From Berkelbacteria bacterium GW2011_GWE1_39_12 (GTDB lineage Bacteria; Patescibacteriota; UBA1384; UBA12157): DNA of 64,000 nt. Under the pieces are notes generated by a model. That model saw only the letters and a program-made list of their open reading frames with translations, made no database searches and was not told the origin of the DNA. The position numbers and the translations under genes were made by a program. The stretch spans positions 332,288 through 396,287 of the forward strand of contig CP011213.1 of NCBI GenBank assembly GCA_001029735.1, given 5' to 3'. Shown here piece after piece: positions 1 to 8,745 of this stretch (its first letter is position 1; each line of letters begins with the position of its first letter).

Positions 1-108
1 AAAACCGGATTGTCGGTTCTACCGCTTTCATGCAGGATTTTAACCTGAGCACATATTTTTCCCGTCTTGTTCTCGGTTACGACAGCCTTTGCAGGCCGGT
101 TACCAGGT

Positions 109-1149
109 TCAAACCGCTTGTCCATTAGGACCTCCCTCCAAAGCAGCTAATTCAACAGCAAATTTACTGGCTGTAAAATCAGGCGGCAAAAAAAGCTTCC
201 CGGTATTAGGATCCTGATCGTACATAACTTCAGAAGTTGAGACCAACATCCAGTAGGCTCTTACCTGAAGATCAGGATTTTTAAGCCTCCATAATTTATC
301 ATATTCCCTGGCGCTTGTCAAGAGTAGATTACGTTGTCTAATCTCCTTTGCCTCGTCTCTGCTATAGCCATTAGGGTTTTCATATCGATCAACTTTTGTA
401 CCTGATAGATACATCATAGAGGCACGGGATTTTATCTGGACCGCTAACATATTGTTACCTTTCTTCACCCAAAGATCGATTTTTTGAATAGCATCTTGTT
501 CAGGAAAAGCCATATATGCTTCCCATCCTTGACTTTCAAAAATTTCCATACTCGCCTTTAAACCCAGAGCTCCGTTTTTAATTGCCTTAAATTCCTCTGG
601 ATCATTGCCTAATATCTCTTGGCCTAATTCGTCAAACTTTTCCCAATAAAACTGAAGAAAACTTTTTCCCTCTTCAGTTTGTTCAAGTATAAACATCATT
701 TTGACCAGTTGATTTTGCCATTCCGCTGAATAAATATTCAAATGATCTACTTCAAGAGATATCTTATCCATTTCGACTGAGTCATGATTGTCTTTTGCCT
801 TTGCAAAAGCTTTATCGAGCTCCCTTCTCTTAAAGACTTTGTTAAAGATTTCTCCCATTTTCCAGCAAGCCTCAGGGATATCTTTTTCTAATTGGGTCAG
901 TTCTGTCGGTGATCCCTCTTGTAAATAAACTACTTCATCTACCGCAGCCTCATTCATCTTAGCGGCTATCTTATTTCTGTCACCACGGTAATCTTCAATT
1001 TGAGTGCCAAAAAAATTATCTAACTCTTCTTGCGCCAGGTCGGTCTCTAATACGAGTTGGTCGTGATCAACTGCGCAATGCTCTGGTTTTCTTTCGACAT
1101 TGATTACTTGTTCATAACTAAATTGAGGCATTGGATATAGCTCACTCAC
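109..1149 (-). CDS. hypothetical protein (no recognisable domain)
   Basis: 346-aa ORF, co-directional with and abutting the downstream GT operon; no motif recognised. Confidence 0.5.
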   Translation of the reverse strand: MSELYPMPQFSYEQVINVERKPEHCAVDHDQLVLETDLAQEELDNFFGTQIEDYRGDRNKIAAKMNEAAVDEVVYLQEGSPTELTQLEKDIPEACWKMGEIFNKVFKRRELDKAFAKAKDNHDSVEMDKISLEVDHLNIYSAEWQNQLVKMMFILEQTEEGKSFLQFYWEKFDELGQEILGNDPEEFKAIKNGALGLKASMEIFESQGWEAYMAFPEQDAIQKIDLWVKKGNNMLAVQIKSRASMMYLSGTKVDRYENPNGYSRDEAKEIRQRNLLLTSAREYDKLWRLKNPDLQVRAYWMLVSTSEVMYDQDPNTGKLFLPPDFTASKFAVELAALEGGPNGQAV

Positions 1150-1150
1150 A

Positions 1151-2233
1151 TTACTCCTTAATCAGAATTAATAGTTCTTTCTCTATTTTTATCACATTTT
1201 TCTCTGCATCAAAATTTTCTAAGATATAAGGTCTGGCTTTTTTCGCCAGTTCTTCTCTTTTTTCGTCATTTTCAATCAGTTCTGACATGCCATCAGCCAA
1301 TTCTTCCGCGTCGCGTTCCGGAACCAAAATCCCTACTTCATCAGTAATATACTCTGGAATTGCCCCAGAAGTGGTCGTGAGTACCGGTCGGCCACAGGCT
1401 AAACTCTGCAAATTAACTGTTCCAACCTGTTCTTCCCATTTTGGCATGGTAATTGAAGGATAAACCGTAAATAAAGCATTGGCAAAAAAAGGTGGAAGTT
1501 CCGCATTCTTCATTTGGCCCATTTTTTGCATCTGAGAGCCTTCGATATCAATATCCATCTCACCACTGCCAATAAAAACCAATTCTACATCAGAAAACTG
1601 ATGTTTCACACTATTCCAAGCGGCTAAAAGATAAGTAATACCCTTATCCTCGATAAACCTGCCGACGTACAAGATATAGCGTTTGCCCGTAATAGCTGCT
1701 GGTTTAGAATATGCCGGTCTAAAAAGAGAAGTATCCACTCCCCAGACACCATATGGCTCTTGTTTAAGTTTTTTAGGATCTACTCCCGCTTCTTCGAGAT
1801 TTCGCTTAGCTCCTTCATTTAAATAATAAATTGCTGCCGCTCCGCCAGCGTAATCTTTAAGCACAAATTTCAGAATTGGCGCCCAAAAGGGACCGAATCT
1901 GGCGCTAACCGGTCTATTTTCAAACATTGGAAAAATATAAGGTTTTTTTAGCTTTCTGGCGACTTTTTTGGTCACTCGGCAAATTCTAATAGCAATTTTG
2001 GAAGCATATGGTTCGGCGCCTTGAATTAAATCAGGGTTTAAAGCAATTAATTTCTTCTCTAAATCGCTAAAACTATCCCATTTAATCGCATTACCTAAAT
2101 CTACCGTCTTTAAATCACCATAAGGCGCATCAAAATAAAAATGTTTGACCTCGAATTCCTGGAAATACTTTAAAGGAAGATGGTTATCCATCCTAATCGA
2201 ATGCGTAATAATCGCTAAAATCGGCTTAGCCAT
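1151..2233 (-). CDS. glycosyltransferase, GT4-like (GT-B fold)
   Basis: C-terminal GT4-type region ...VGRFIEDKGITYLLAAW...; overlaps upstream gene by 8 nt. Confidence 0.75.
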   Translation of the reverse strand: MAKPILAIITHSIRMDNHLPLKYFQEFEVKHFYFDAPYGDLKTVDLGNAIKWDSFSDLEKKLIALNPDLIQGAEPYASKIAIRICRVTKKVARKLKKPYIFPMFENRPVSARFGPFWAPILKFVLKDYAGGAAAIYYLNEGAKRNLEEAGVDPKKLKQEPYGVWGVDTSLFRPAYSKPAAITGKRYILYVGRFIEDKGITYLLAAWNSVKHQFSDVELVFIGSGEMDIDIEGSQMQKMGQMKNAELPPFFANALFTVYPSITMPKWEEQVGTVNLQSLACGRPVLTTTSGAIPEYITDEVGILVPERDAEELADGMSELIENDEKREELAKKARPYILENFDAEKNVIKIEKELLILIKE

Positions 2234-3350
2234 TTATCGCCTCTTCCAGTAGCTTTATGGTTTCTTTTGCCGTCTTTTCCCAAGAGAACTTCTTAACTTG
2301 TTCTTTACCTGCTTTTGCCATCTGAGCGCGACTAATTTTACCCTCTAGAACTGCCTGTAAGCCTCCACAAATTGACTTAGGATCGTCAGGGTTAACTAAT
2401 ACACCCGCTGAACCTGCTACCTCTGGCATTGAGGAGAGCTTCGATGTCACGACTGGCGTGCCGAATTGCATCGCTTCAAGAATTGGGAAGCCAAAGCCTT
2501 CATATAACGACGGGTAAGCCACCACGGCCGCGTCTTGATATAACCTGGACAAATCTTTATCGCCGACATGTCCCAAAAAGCCGATTCTGTTTTTCACTCC
2601 TGTAGCCATAAGCGAATTGTAGATTCTGTCGGTATTCCAACCTTCAGCGCCCACTACCATTAAAGGATATTTTTCGATTAGTTTCGGCGGTAGCATTCCG
2701 TAAGCGGCAAAAAGAGTAGTTAAATTCTTTCTTGGCTCAATCGTACCGACAAATAAAATATAGCTTTTTTTCTTTAAATCTTTAGGTAAGTCTTTAGCAG
2801 GTTCCGCCAATTGGTTCAAACCAGGATAGATTGCCTTAACCTTATTTTCTGAAGTACCGGCAATTTTTTCGATATCTTTTTTGGTCGATTTTGAAACGGC
2901 AATGATTTTTTTACTGCCTTTGAGCGCCAACAAGGTTTGCCTGCTCAACCTTTCGGAAACATCTTCCCCGCGTTGCTCTGGGAATATGAAGGTGGTCATA
3001 TCGTGAATAATAGTCACTTGAGGTATTTTTAACCCGTTTTTATACTCCAAAAACGATGGCGCTAAGAGCACGTCTGCATCTTTGTATAAAGCGTTGTATA
3101 AACCGGAATTACCCCGCCACAGGGTTTCTTTAAGTGCACCAGGAATTTTAGCGGTTCTTATTTCGACGTTTTCTCTCCTGAAAGCTTTGATCGCCTTTTC
3201 TTTATTCTCATCATTTCTAAAGTAAGTGAAAATCAAAATATATTTGTTTTCCTTATCTTGCTCTAACAAATTTTCCACCAATCTCTTGGTGAAACGTCCT
3301 ATTCCAGCCGATTCAATAATTGCTCTCGAAGCGTCAATTGCAATTGTCAT
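2226..3350 (-). CDS. glycosyltransferase family 4
   Basis: motifs FVGTIEPRKN ... PSLYEGFGFPILEAMQFGTPVVTS (EX7E signature). Confidence 0.85.
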   Translation of the reverse strand: MTIAIDASRAIIESAGIGRFTKRLVENLLEQDKENKYILIFTYFRNDENKEKAIKAFRRENVEIRTAKIPGALKETLWRGNSGLYNALYKDADVLLAPSFLEYKNGLKIPQVTIIHDMTTFIFPEQRGEDVSERLSRQTLLALKGSKKIIAVSKSTKKDIEKIAGTSENKVKAIYPGLNQLAEPAKDLPKDLKKKSYILFVGTIEPRKNLTTLFAAYGMLPPKLIEKYPLMVVGAEGWNTDRIYNSLMATGVKNRIGFLGHVGDKDLSRLYQDAAVVAYPSLYEGFGFPILEAMQFGTPVVTSKLSSMPEVAGSAGVLVNPDDPKSICGGLQAVLEGKISRAQMAKAGKEQVKKFSWEKTAKETIKLLEEAING

Positions 3351-4231
3351 TTAACCTCAAAATAATGATTTCTACCGTTTATAATGGCCGAATACATTGT
3401 TTTAAACATTTTCTTGTCTCGTCTTTTTAGGGAAGAAGTACAGGCCCAGAAAAATTTATCGATAAAAAACAACGGGAAGGAAACTTTCGGGTAATTTTTT
3501 AGATAGAAGACTGCACCATTATGGATTAGCCAATACCTAAATTCATAAATATCATTGATCCGATTGCCGCCCGAACTGGTTCGGACATGACGCAAAATCG
3601 CCTTAGGATCAAAAACTAATTTGTAACCGGCACGCTTTACTCTTAAGGAGAAATCAGTTTCTTCCATATGGGCGTTACCCTTATAAATCTCTCCAAAACC
3701 ACCCACTTCCAGATAAACCTTTCTCAAACAACTGAAATTGCAACCGTAAGCATGATCGATTTCCTGTCTTTCGTCGGAATTAAAGTTGGTTATCTCCTTC
3801 AAACCGAAAAACTTCAATTTACCCGCTTCTTTCTTGATTGGCGGTTTTTCTTTAAAATCATATAGGACCCGCCCTCCAACCAAACCTACTTCTGGATCAG
3901 CATAATTTTCTAAATGATATTTAATAAAGTTCTTTTCTCTTATTTCCACATCGTCATCGACAAAGATGAGCAATTCTCCGTTTGCCTTTTTCACTGCTAA
4001 GTTTCTCGCGGCCGGCGAACTTTTAAGGTTGGTGCGAAAGTATTTAATAAGATTCTTATGCTCGTTGACGAAATTTAATACCTTAAGGCTCGGCTTCTCG
4101 GTTTGATCAGTTATTATTATCTCCATTGGGCTATATTCAAGGCTAACTAGGTCAGATAGCGTGTTTAAAAGAGCCTCTTCTCGTTGATAGGTTGGAATAA
4201 TAACGGAAACTTTTGGTGACTTATTTAGCAT
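3347..4231 (-). CDS. glycosyltransferase family 2
   Basis: VSVIIPTYQREEALLNTL... DDD region typical of GT2; 4-nt overlap with downstream gene. Confidence 0.8.
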   Translation of the reverse strand: MLNKSPKVSVIIPTYQREEALLNTLSDLVSLEYSPMEIIITDQTEKPSLKVLNFVNEHKNLIKYFRTNLKSSPAARNLAVKKANGELLIFVDDDVEIREKNFIKYHLENYADPEVGLVGGRVLYDFKEKPPIKKEAGKLKFFGLKEITNFNSDERQEIDHAYGCNFSCLRKVYLEVGGFGEIYKGNAHMEETDFSLRVKRAGYKLVFDPKAILRHVRTSSGGNRINDIYEFRYWLIHNGAVFYLKNYPKVSFPLFFIDKFFWACTSSLKRRDKKMFKTMYSAIINGRNHYFEVK

Positions 4232-5297
4232 TAAAAACTTCTTTGTAGACCTCTACGGTTTTTTTGGCCGTTTCTTCCCAAGAAAATTTACTGGCTTGCT
4301 CTAAGCCTTTTTCGCTCAATTCCTTGCAAAGATTAACGTCTGAGGAAAGTTTAACCATGGCATCGGTCCAGCCTTTCGAACCATGTGGGGGCAGCAGCAT
4401 TCCTGCTTCGCCCACAACTTCCGGAAGCGATGAGGTATTAGAAGAAATAACTGGTGTACCACAGGCCATCGCTTCGAGGGGCGGAAAACCAAACCCTTCA
4501 TATAATGACGGAAAAGTCAGAGCTGTCGCACCAGAATACAACGCCGGAATATCTTTATCTTCAGCATAGCCTGTAAAAATAACTTTACTAGACAGCTCAA
4601 GTTTACCAACTAAGCTGAATAAATCATCGTAATACCAGCCTTTTTTACCGACAATGACCAAATTTTCCTTGATCCCTTCTTTTACCGCTGATGCATAGAC
4701 TCGAACCAAAAAAGGTAAATTTTTTCTTGGTTCCAAGGTACCCACGTGAATAAAGTATTTTTCGCCGGTATTATACTTCTTTTTTACATCTTCCACCTGT
4801 TGAAGATCAAAAATCGGTCGAAAATCATGAGACACCGCCCAATACATAACTCTAATTTTTTCAGGGGCAATATTTAAGTATTCAACAATATCTTTTTTGG
4901 TATGCTCCGAGTCGACAATAATCATATCGGCTTTTCGGTATGAAAACGGCATCCATTTACTGTAAAAAAGACGACTGGCTAAAGGCAGGTTTTCCGGGAA
5001 TTTTATCGAAATAATGTCATGAATAGTGACGATAATTTTACCGCGATAAAGAATTGGTGCCGAAAAACAGGGTTGGTGTAGTATATCAACCTTTGCTTTT
5101 CTGGCCCTTTTGGGAAAACGAAACTGATCCCATATGAAACGCTGGGGAGTAGAAAAATCTTTATCTGTATCAGGGGCAATCAGAATATATTCGTTTTCGG
5201 GGTCGATTTTATTGAGATTTTCCACTAAATTTTTTACGTAGAAACCGAACCCACTCTTTTGGCCAAGGATAGTTTGAGTGTCTATTGCAATCCTCAT
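4221..5297 (-). CDS. glycosyltransferase family 4
   Basis: HVGTLEPRKN ... PSLYEGFGFPPLEAMACGTPVISS. ATG at 5295-5297 is preceded by GGAGAG SD; the ORF track extends to a TTG at 5315. Confidence 0.85.
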   Translation of the reverse strand: MRIAIDTQTILGQKSGFGFYVKNLVENLNKIDPENEYILIAPDTDKDFSTPQRFIWDQFRFPKRARKAKVDILHQPCFSAPILYRGKIIVTIHDIISIKFPENLPLASRLFYSKWMPFSYRKADMIIVDSEHTKKDIVEYLNIAPEKIRVMYWAVSHDFRPIFDLQQVEDVKKKYNTGEKYFIHVGTLEPRKNLPFLVRVYASAVKEGIKENLVIVGKKGWYYDDLFSLVGKLELSSKVIFTGYAEDKDIPALYSGATALTFPSLYEGFGFPPLEAMACGTPVISSNTSSLPEVVGEAGMLLPPHGSKGWTDAMVKLSSDVNLCKELSEKGLEQASKFSWEETAKKTVEVYKEVFNAK

Positions 5298-5515
5298 ATC
5301 TCTCCTCTTCCACAAGCGGTTTCGCGGAAATTTCTGCTGAAATTATAGAAACCGAACCCACTCTTTTGGCCAAGGATAGTTTGAGTGTCTATTGCAATCC
5401 TCATCTTTCTCCTTGTCTATTTGGGTTTCGCGGAATTTTTACTTGAGTAAAAATATAAAATCCGAAGCCAGATTTCTGACCTAATATGGTTTGTGTGTCG
5501 ATAGCAATTCTCATT
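5241..5515 (-). repeat. 3 tandem copies (~107-114 bp) of [spacer+RBS+first 60 nt of the GT4 gene]; copies 2 and 3 form short ORFs (5294..5404 and 5401..5514, minus strand)
   Basis: copy 1 (5241-5297) and copy 2 (5348-5404) are identical over 57 bp; copy 3 (5456-5515) is diverged; see findings. Confidence 0.9.
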
Positions 5516-6983
5516 CTGTCTCCGTTTTTTTACCTGGAAGTAAACTGGTAAACATTTCTTGGTTAATACCGCCGACAGCATAGAGAGCAACACCGTAAAC
5601 CAAGGCGGCTAAAACCATTAATAGGATAATATTGAGTGAATCCGCGGTAAAATACAAGAAAACGCCTAAAAATACACTGGCAAAGAGAACTTTCCATAAG
5701 ATTACCAGGCTAAGCTTGATCTCTAAATATTTATGCGCCACCCGCCATGAAAATACTAGCACCAAGATCTCTGTCATAACTGTTACAGCGGCGGCACCGA
5801 TATAAGAATAGTGAGGAATTAAAATAAAATTAGCAATAACATTAAAGAAAACCAAGATAACATAGGGCCAGATCATTTTTGATTGTTTACCCAGGGCAAT
5901 AACCAAATAGCCAAACATATAAGAGATAAAAGATAAACCAACAGCACAGACTAAAATTTGCAAAGCCGTTGGCGATGTCGCCGGCAGCCCTAAAACAGGA
6001 GGAATAGTGTGTGCTGTGACAAATTCTTGACCAGCCACAATTCTGATAATTCTCGTAGCAGTAAAAATGGTGCCAACAACTAGCGGCCAACCGAGAATAG
6101 TTAAAAAGTCAAAAGCTTTTTGTAAGACATTTTGTAATCTTTCATCCTTAGTTAAGATATATCGAGTCATTATTGGAAAAACGTTTCCCATGAAAATCGC
6201 TGGCAAAAACTGGAAGATTTCTAAAACCTTATAAGGAGGGCCGTAAATACCGATGTCGGTCGAAGTTTTCATTAAAGAGAGCATAACACTGTCGATTTTA
6301 AAATAAATTAACCCTAAAACTAGGACAATTCCCATTGGGACCGCTTGGCGAAAAAGTTCCCACCAATATTTAAAATCGAAAGTCGGACGGAAATGAACAT
6401 AAATTTTGCCAAGATAGGCGCTAGCAAAGAAGTTAATCATGTTGCCAATAGCATATGCCCAAAGAATTAGGTTCAAACCATAATTTTGCTTGATAAGGTA
6501 TAAGGTTAAAATCAAAATAACGGCACGGCCAATTACGTCGGTCATCGCCGCTTTATCCATTCTTAATTTATTCTGAAAAACACCCACATATGTCGAGTTC
6601 AAAGCTTGGAAAAGAGAGGCCAAGGCAGTAATACCAATGCCGAGCCTAAAGCCGTCATACTGCGGCACAAAAATCGCAATCAGAGTAGCGAGTCCAAAAA
6701 CCGCGATTCCGACGACAGTTCTCAAGGTTAAAATATTAGAGGTAGCCTTATCAATATCTGCGTCAGGTTTGGCTATCTCTCGGACAAAAATCCAAAAAAA
6801 GCCAAAGTCGGCAAAAACGCCAAAAAAAGCAAGGTAAGCGAAAATGGTTGTGTATTGACCAAACCCCGAAACACCAAGATGGCGCGTCAAAGAAGCAACC
6901 AATACCAAAGAAATCAAAGTCGTAATTACTTTGCCAACAATCTGAACAATCGTATTGTATGCCACTTTCCTCGTTAAGCTCAT
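5511..6983 (-). CDS. polysaccharide flippase (Wzx/MOP superfamily)
   Basis: 490 aa, ~12-14 predicted TM helices, N-terminus typical of Wzx-family; operon position upstream of the GT genes. Confidence 0.7.
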   Translation of the reverse strand: MSLTRKVAYNTIVQIVGKVITTLISLVLVASLTRHLGVSGFGQYTTIFAYLAFFGVFADFGFFWIFVREIAKPDADIDKATSNILTLRTVVGIAVFGLATLIAIFVPQYDGFRLGIGITALASLFQALNSTYVGVFQNKLRMDKAAMTDVIGRAVILILTLYLIKQNYGLNLILWAYAIGNMINFFASAYLGKIYVHFRPTFDFKYWWELFRQAVPMGIVLVLGLIYFKIDSVMLSLMKTSTDIGIYGPPYKVLEIFQFLPAIFMGNVFPIMTRYILTKDERLQNVLQKAFDFLTILGWPLVVGTIFTATRIIRIVAGQEFVTAHTIPPVLGLPATSPTALQILVCAVGLSFISYMFGYLVIALGKQSKMIWPYVILVFFNVIANFILIPHYSYIGAAAVTVMTEILVLVFSWRVAHKYLEIKLSLVILWKVLFASVFLGVFLYFTADSLNIILLMVLAALVYGVALYAVGGINQEMFTSLLPGKKTETE

Positions 6984-7035
6984 TGCCTTAATATTACGCC
7001 GATTTTACCTTGAAGGCAAATGAAAAAGCCGACAA

Positions 7036-7401
7036 TTAACTCGCCGGCTGTAGGTCTTTTATTATTTTCACGAGATTTGCGAAGCCGGAAGTCTTGTCGT
7101 AACCGGCATCCGCTTGGAAAATTCTGGCCCTTGCTTGGGCATCGTCTTTGTTACTAAAATCACCACTCATCAGAATGATGGGGATAGAAACTTGTGCCTG
7201 CCTCAGGGCAGAAATCATCTCAGGTCCAGTCATTACTGGCATTTGGAAATCGGTCAGGATTAGATCGATATGATTTTCCTTCATACAATCCAATCCTTTT
7301 TGGCCGTTTTCTGCGGTCAGGACCTCATAACCTTCTAACTGCAGGCGCGTTTCAAGCATTTGCCGGATTTCTGGCAAATCGTCGACGAGCAGTATCTTCA
7401 T
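7036..7401 (-). CDS. single-domain response regulator (CheY-like receiver)
   Basis: MKILLVDD...LILTDFQMPVMTG...; SD GGAGGA upstream. Confidence 0.8.
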   Translation of the reverse strand: MKILLVDDLPEIRQMLETRLQLEGYEVLTAENGQKGLDCMKENHIDLILTDFQMPVMTGPEMISALRQAQVSIPIILMSGDFSNKDDAQARARIFQADAGYDKTSGFANLVKIIKDLQPAS

Positions 7402-7471
7402 TTCTCTCCTCCATACGCCCAGTGTATTTATCTAGTAAATTTTATCTGAAAATAGTCATTTTGTCAATCAA

Positions 7472-7496
7472 AAAAACAGCTTAAAGCTGTTTTTTA
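7472..7496 (-). terminator. rho-independent terminator hairpin (aaaaacagctttaagctgtttttt)
   Basis: perfect GC-containing stem plus T-run, immediately 3' of the tRNA on the minus strand. Confidence 0.6.
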
Positions 7497-7497
7497 A

Positions 7498-7573
7498 TGG
7501 TGCGCCCAGCAGGATTTGAACCTGCGACCTTCAGATCCGCAATCTGACGCTCTATCCGCTGAGCTATGGGCGC
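7498..7573 (-). tRNA. tRNA-Arg (anticodon GCG as read), CCA encoded
   Basis: revcomp gives gcgcccatagctcagcggatagagcgtcagattgcggatctgaaggtcgcaggttcaaatcctgctgggcgca-cca; the cloverleaf folds cleanly; anticodon loop is ttGCGga. Confidence 0.8.
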
Positions 7574-7618
7574 GTTTTGTATCAATCGCTCTTTAATTGC
7601 GTAGCAATTATTCTTATC

Positions 7619-7697
7619 ACTGAGCTACAGGCGCATATATGTTGATGTGCGCCTTGTTATTCCAATTCCGAAGGAATTGAGCTTTGCTACAGGCGCA
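7619..7697 (-). repeat. two copies of the tRNA 5' end (tgcgcctgtagctcag / tgcgcctgtagcaaag) at ~62-bp spacing upstream of the tRNA-Arg
   Basis: 15-17-nt matches to tRNA positions 1-15 at 7619-7635 and 7677-7697 (plus-strand coordinates). Confidence 0.7.
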
Positions 7698-7734
7698 TTA
7701 ATACACTTAATCTTAACCTATTTTATCTTATTTT

Positions 7735-8676
7735 TCAAGACTTGATTAATTCTTCCTTCAATAAAGGGACCATTTCCTTGCGCATCATAAATCCTGACCT
7801 TGTAGCTACATGATTAGTAAAATGAATATCCAAAACTTTAGAAAGAATTTTTTCTACTTCTTCAGTTGGAGCTACTATTATATTTTGATCCGCTTCGAGA
7901 TCAATAATGGTTAAGAAAACAACATCAAGACCTTGTTCTGACATAATCTTTCCGAGTTCTGACACAATCTCATCTTTTCTAGCTAAAGCCATTTCCTCTC
8001 CGCCAATCATTTCTATTTGGGCTGTTCCTAACTTATGAGAGCCAAAATTATGCCCTGCAAACCCAGCGAAGTCACTTCTTAACATCTTAATTAGTCTATC
8101 ACCTGAAAGATCTGACTTGGATAAAAACATCTTACGAGCAAAATCAGCTGGGAAATTATTTTCTTCATTTAGCCAAGCAGCAATTTCCCTATCTCTTTCA
8201 GTTGTAACTTTTGCTTGAAAATTAAGAGTATTTGAAATAATCGCACCATAAACCAAGGTAGCAATCTCTTTTGGCATTGAAAGACCTTTTTCTTTAAATT
8301 TTTCTGCAACCAAGGTGGCAGCAGCCCCAACTAACTCAATTTGAACCTTGGCATTAGGAAATTTCTCTGACATATTAATCTTGCGATGATCGACAATTTC
8401 GGTAACTTTTTCAGGATTAATTCTCTTGTCAATCCCATCCAAATCGCTTGAATCAACCAAAATAATCTCATCAAAATATTCAGGATTTTCTTCCTTAATA
8501 TTAAAATTAAGACCATATTCCATTAGCACATGGTCAGCTTCATCATGATGTCTACCTGAAACCGAAGGAACCGCTTTCATTCCCAATTGATTAAAATAAT
8601 AAGAATACGCAAAAATACAGGCAAAGCCATCTAAATCAGGATTAATATATCCAGTAACTAAAATTTTGTTTTCCAT
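7735..8676 (-). CDS. DHH/DHHA2-family phosphoesterase, family-II inorganic pyrophosphatase-like (divergent metal-binding motifs)
   Basis: 313 aa; N-terminus ...ILVTGYINPDLDG..., ...VDSSD..., ...VDHRK... align to the PpaC HQNPDTD / VDHNE / DHH motifs but with substitutions. Confidence 0.55.
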   Translation of the reverse strand: MENKILVTGYINPDLDGFACIFAYSYYFNQLGMKAVPSVSGRHHDEADHVLMEYGLNFNIKEENPEYFDEIILVDSSDLDGIDKRINPEKVTEIVDHRKINMSEKFPNAKVQIELVGAAATLVAEKFKEKGLSMPKEIATLVYGAIISNTLNFQAKVTTERDREIAAWLNEENNFPADFARKMFLSKSDLSGDRLIKMLRSDFAGFAGHNFGSHKLGTAQIEMIGGEEMALARKDEIVSELGKIMSEQGLDVVFLTIIDLEADQNIIVAPTEEVEKILSKVLDIHFTNHVATRSGFMMRKEMVPLLKEELIKS

Positions 8677-8745
8677 AAACTCATATTAGCACATCTTTAA
8701 TTATAGATGTAAGTTTGCTAAAATGGGCAAGTAAAGATCAAAAAT

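Noticed and set aside
3668-4569. Short ORFs (3668..3865 +, 4264..4569 +, 4316..4501 -) inside or antisense to the GT2/GT4 genes
   Set aside because: They are entirely embedded in longer ORFs with clear family motifs on the other strand or frame. They have no SD and a biased composition, so they are most likely spurious.
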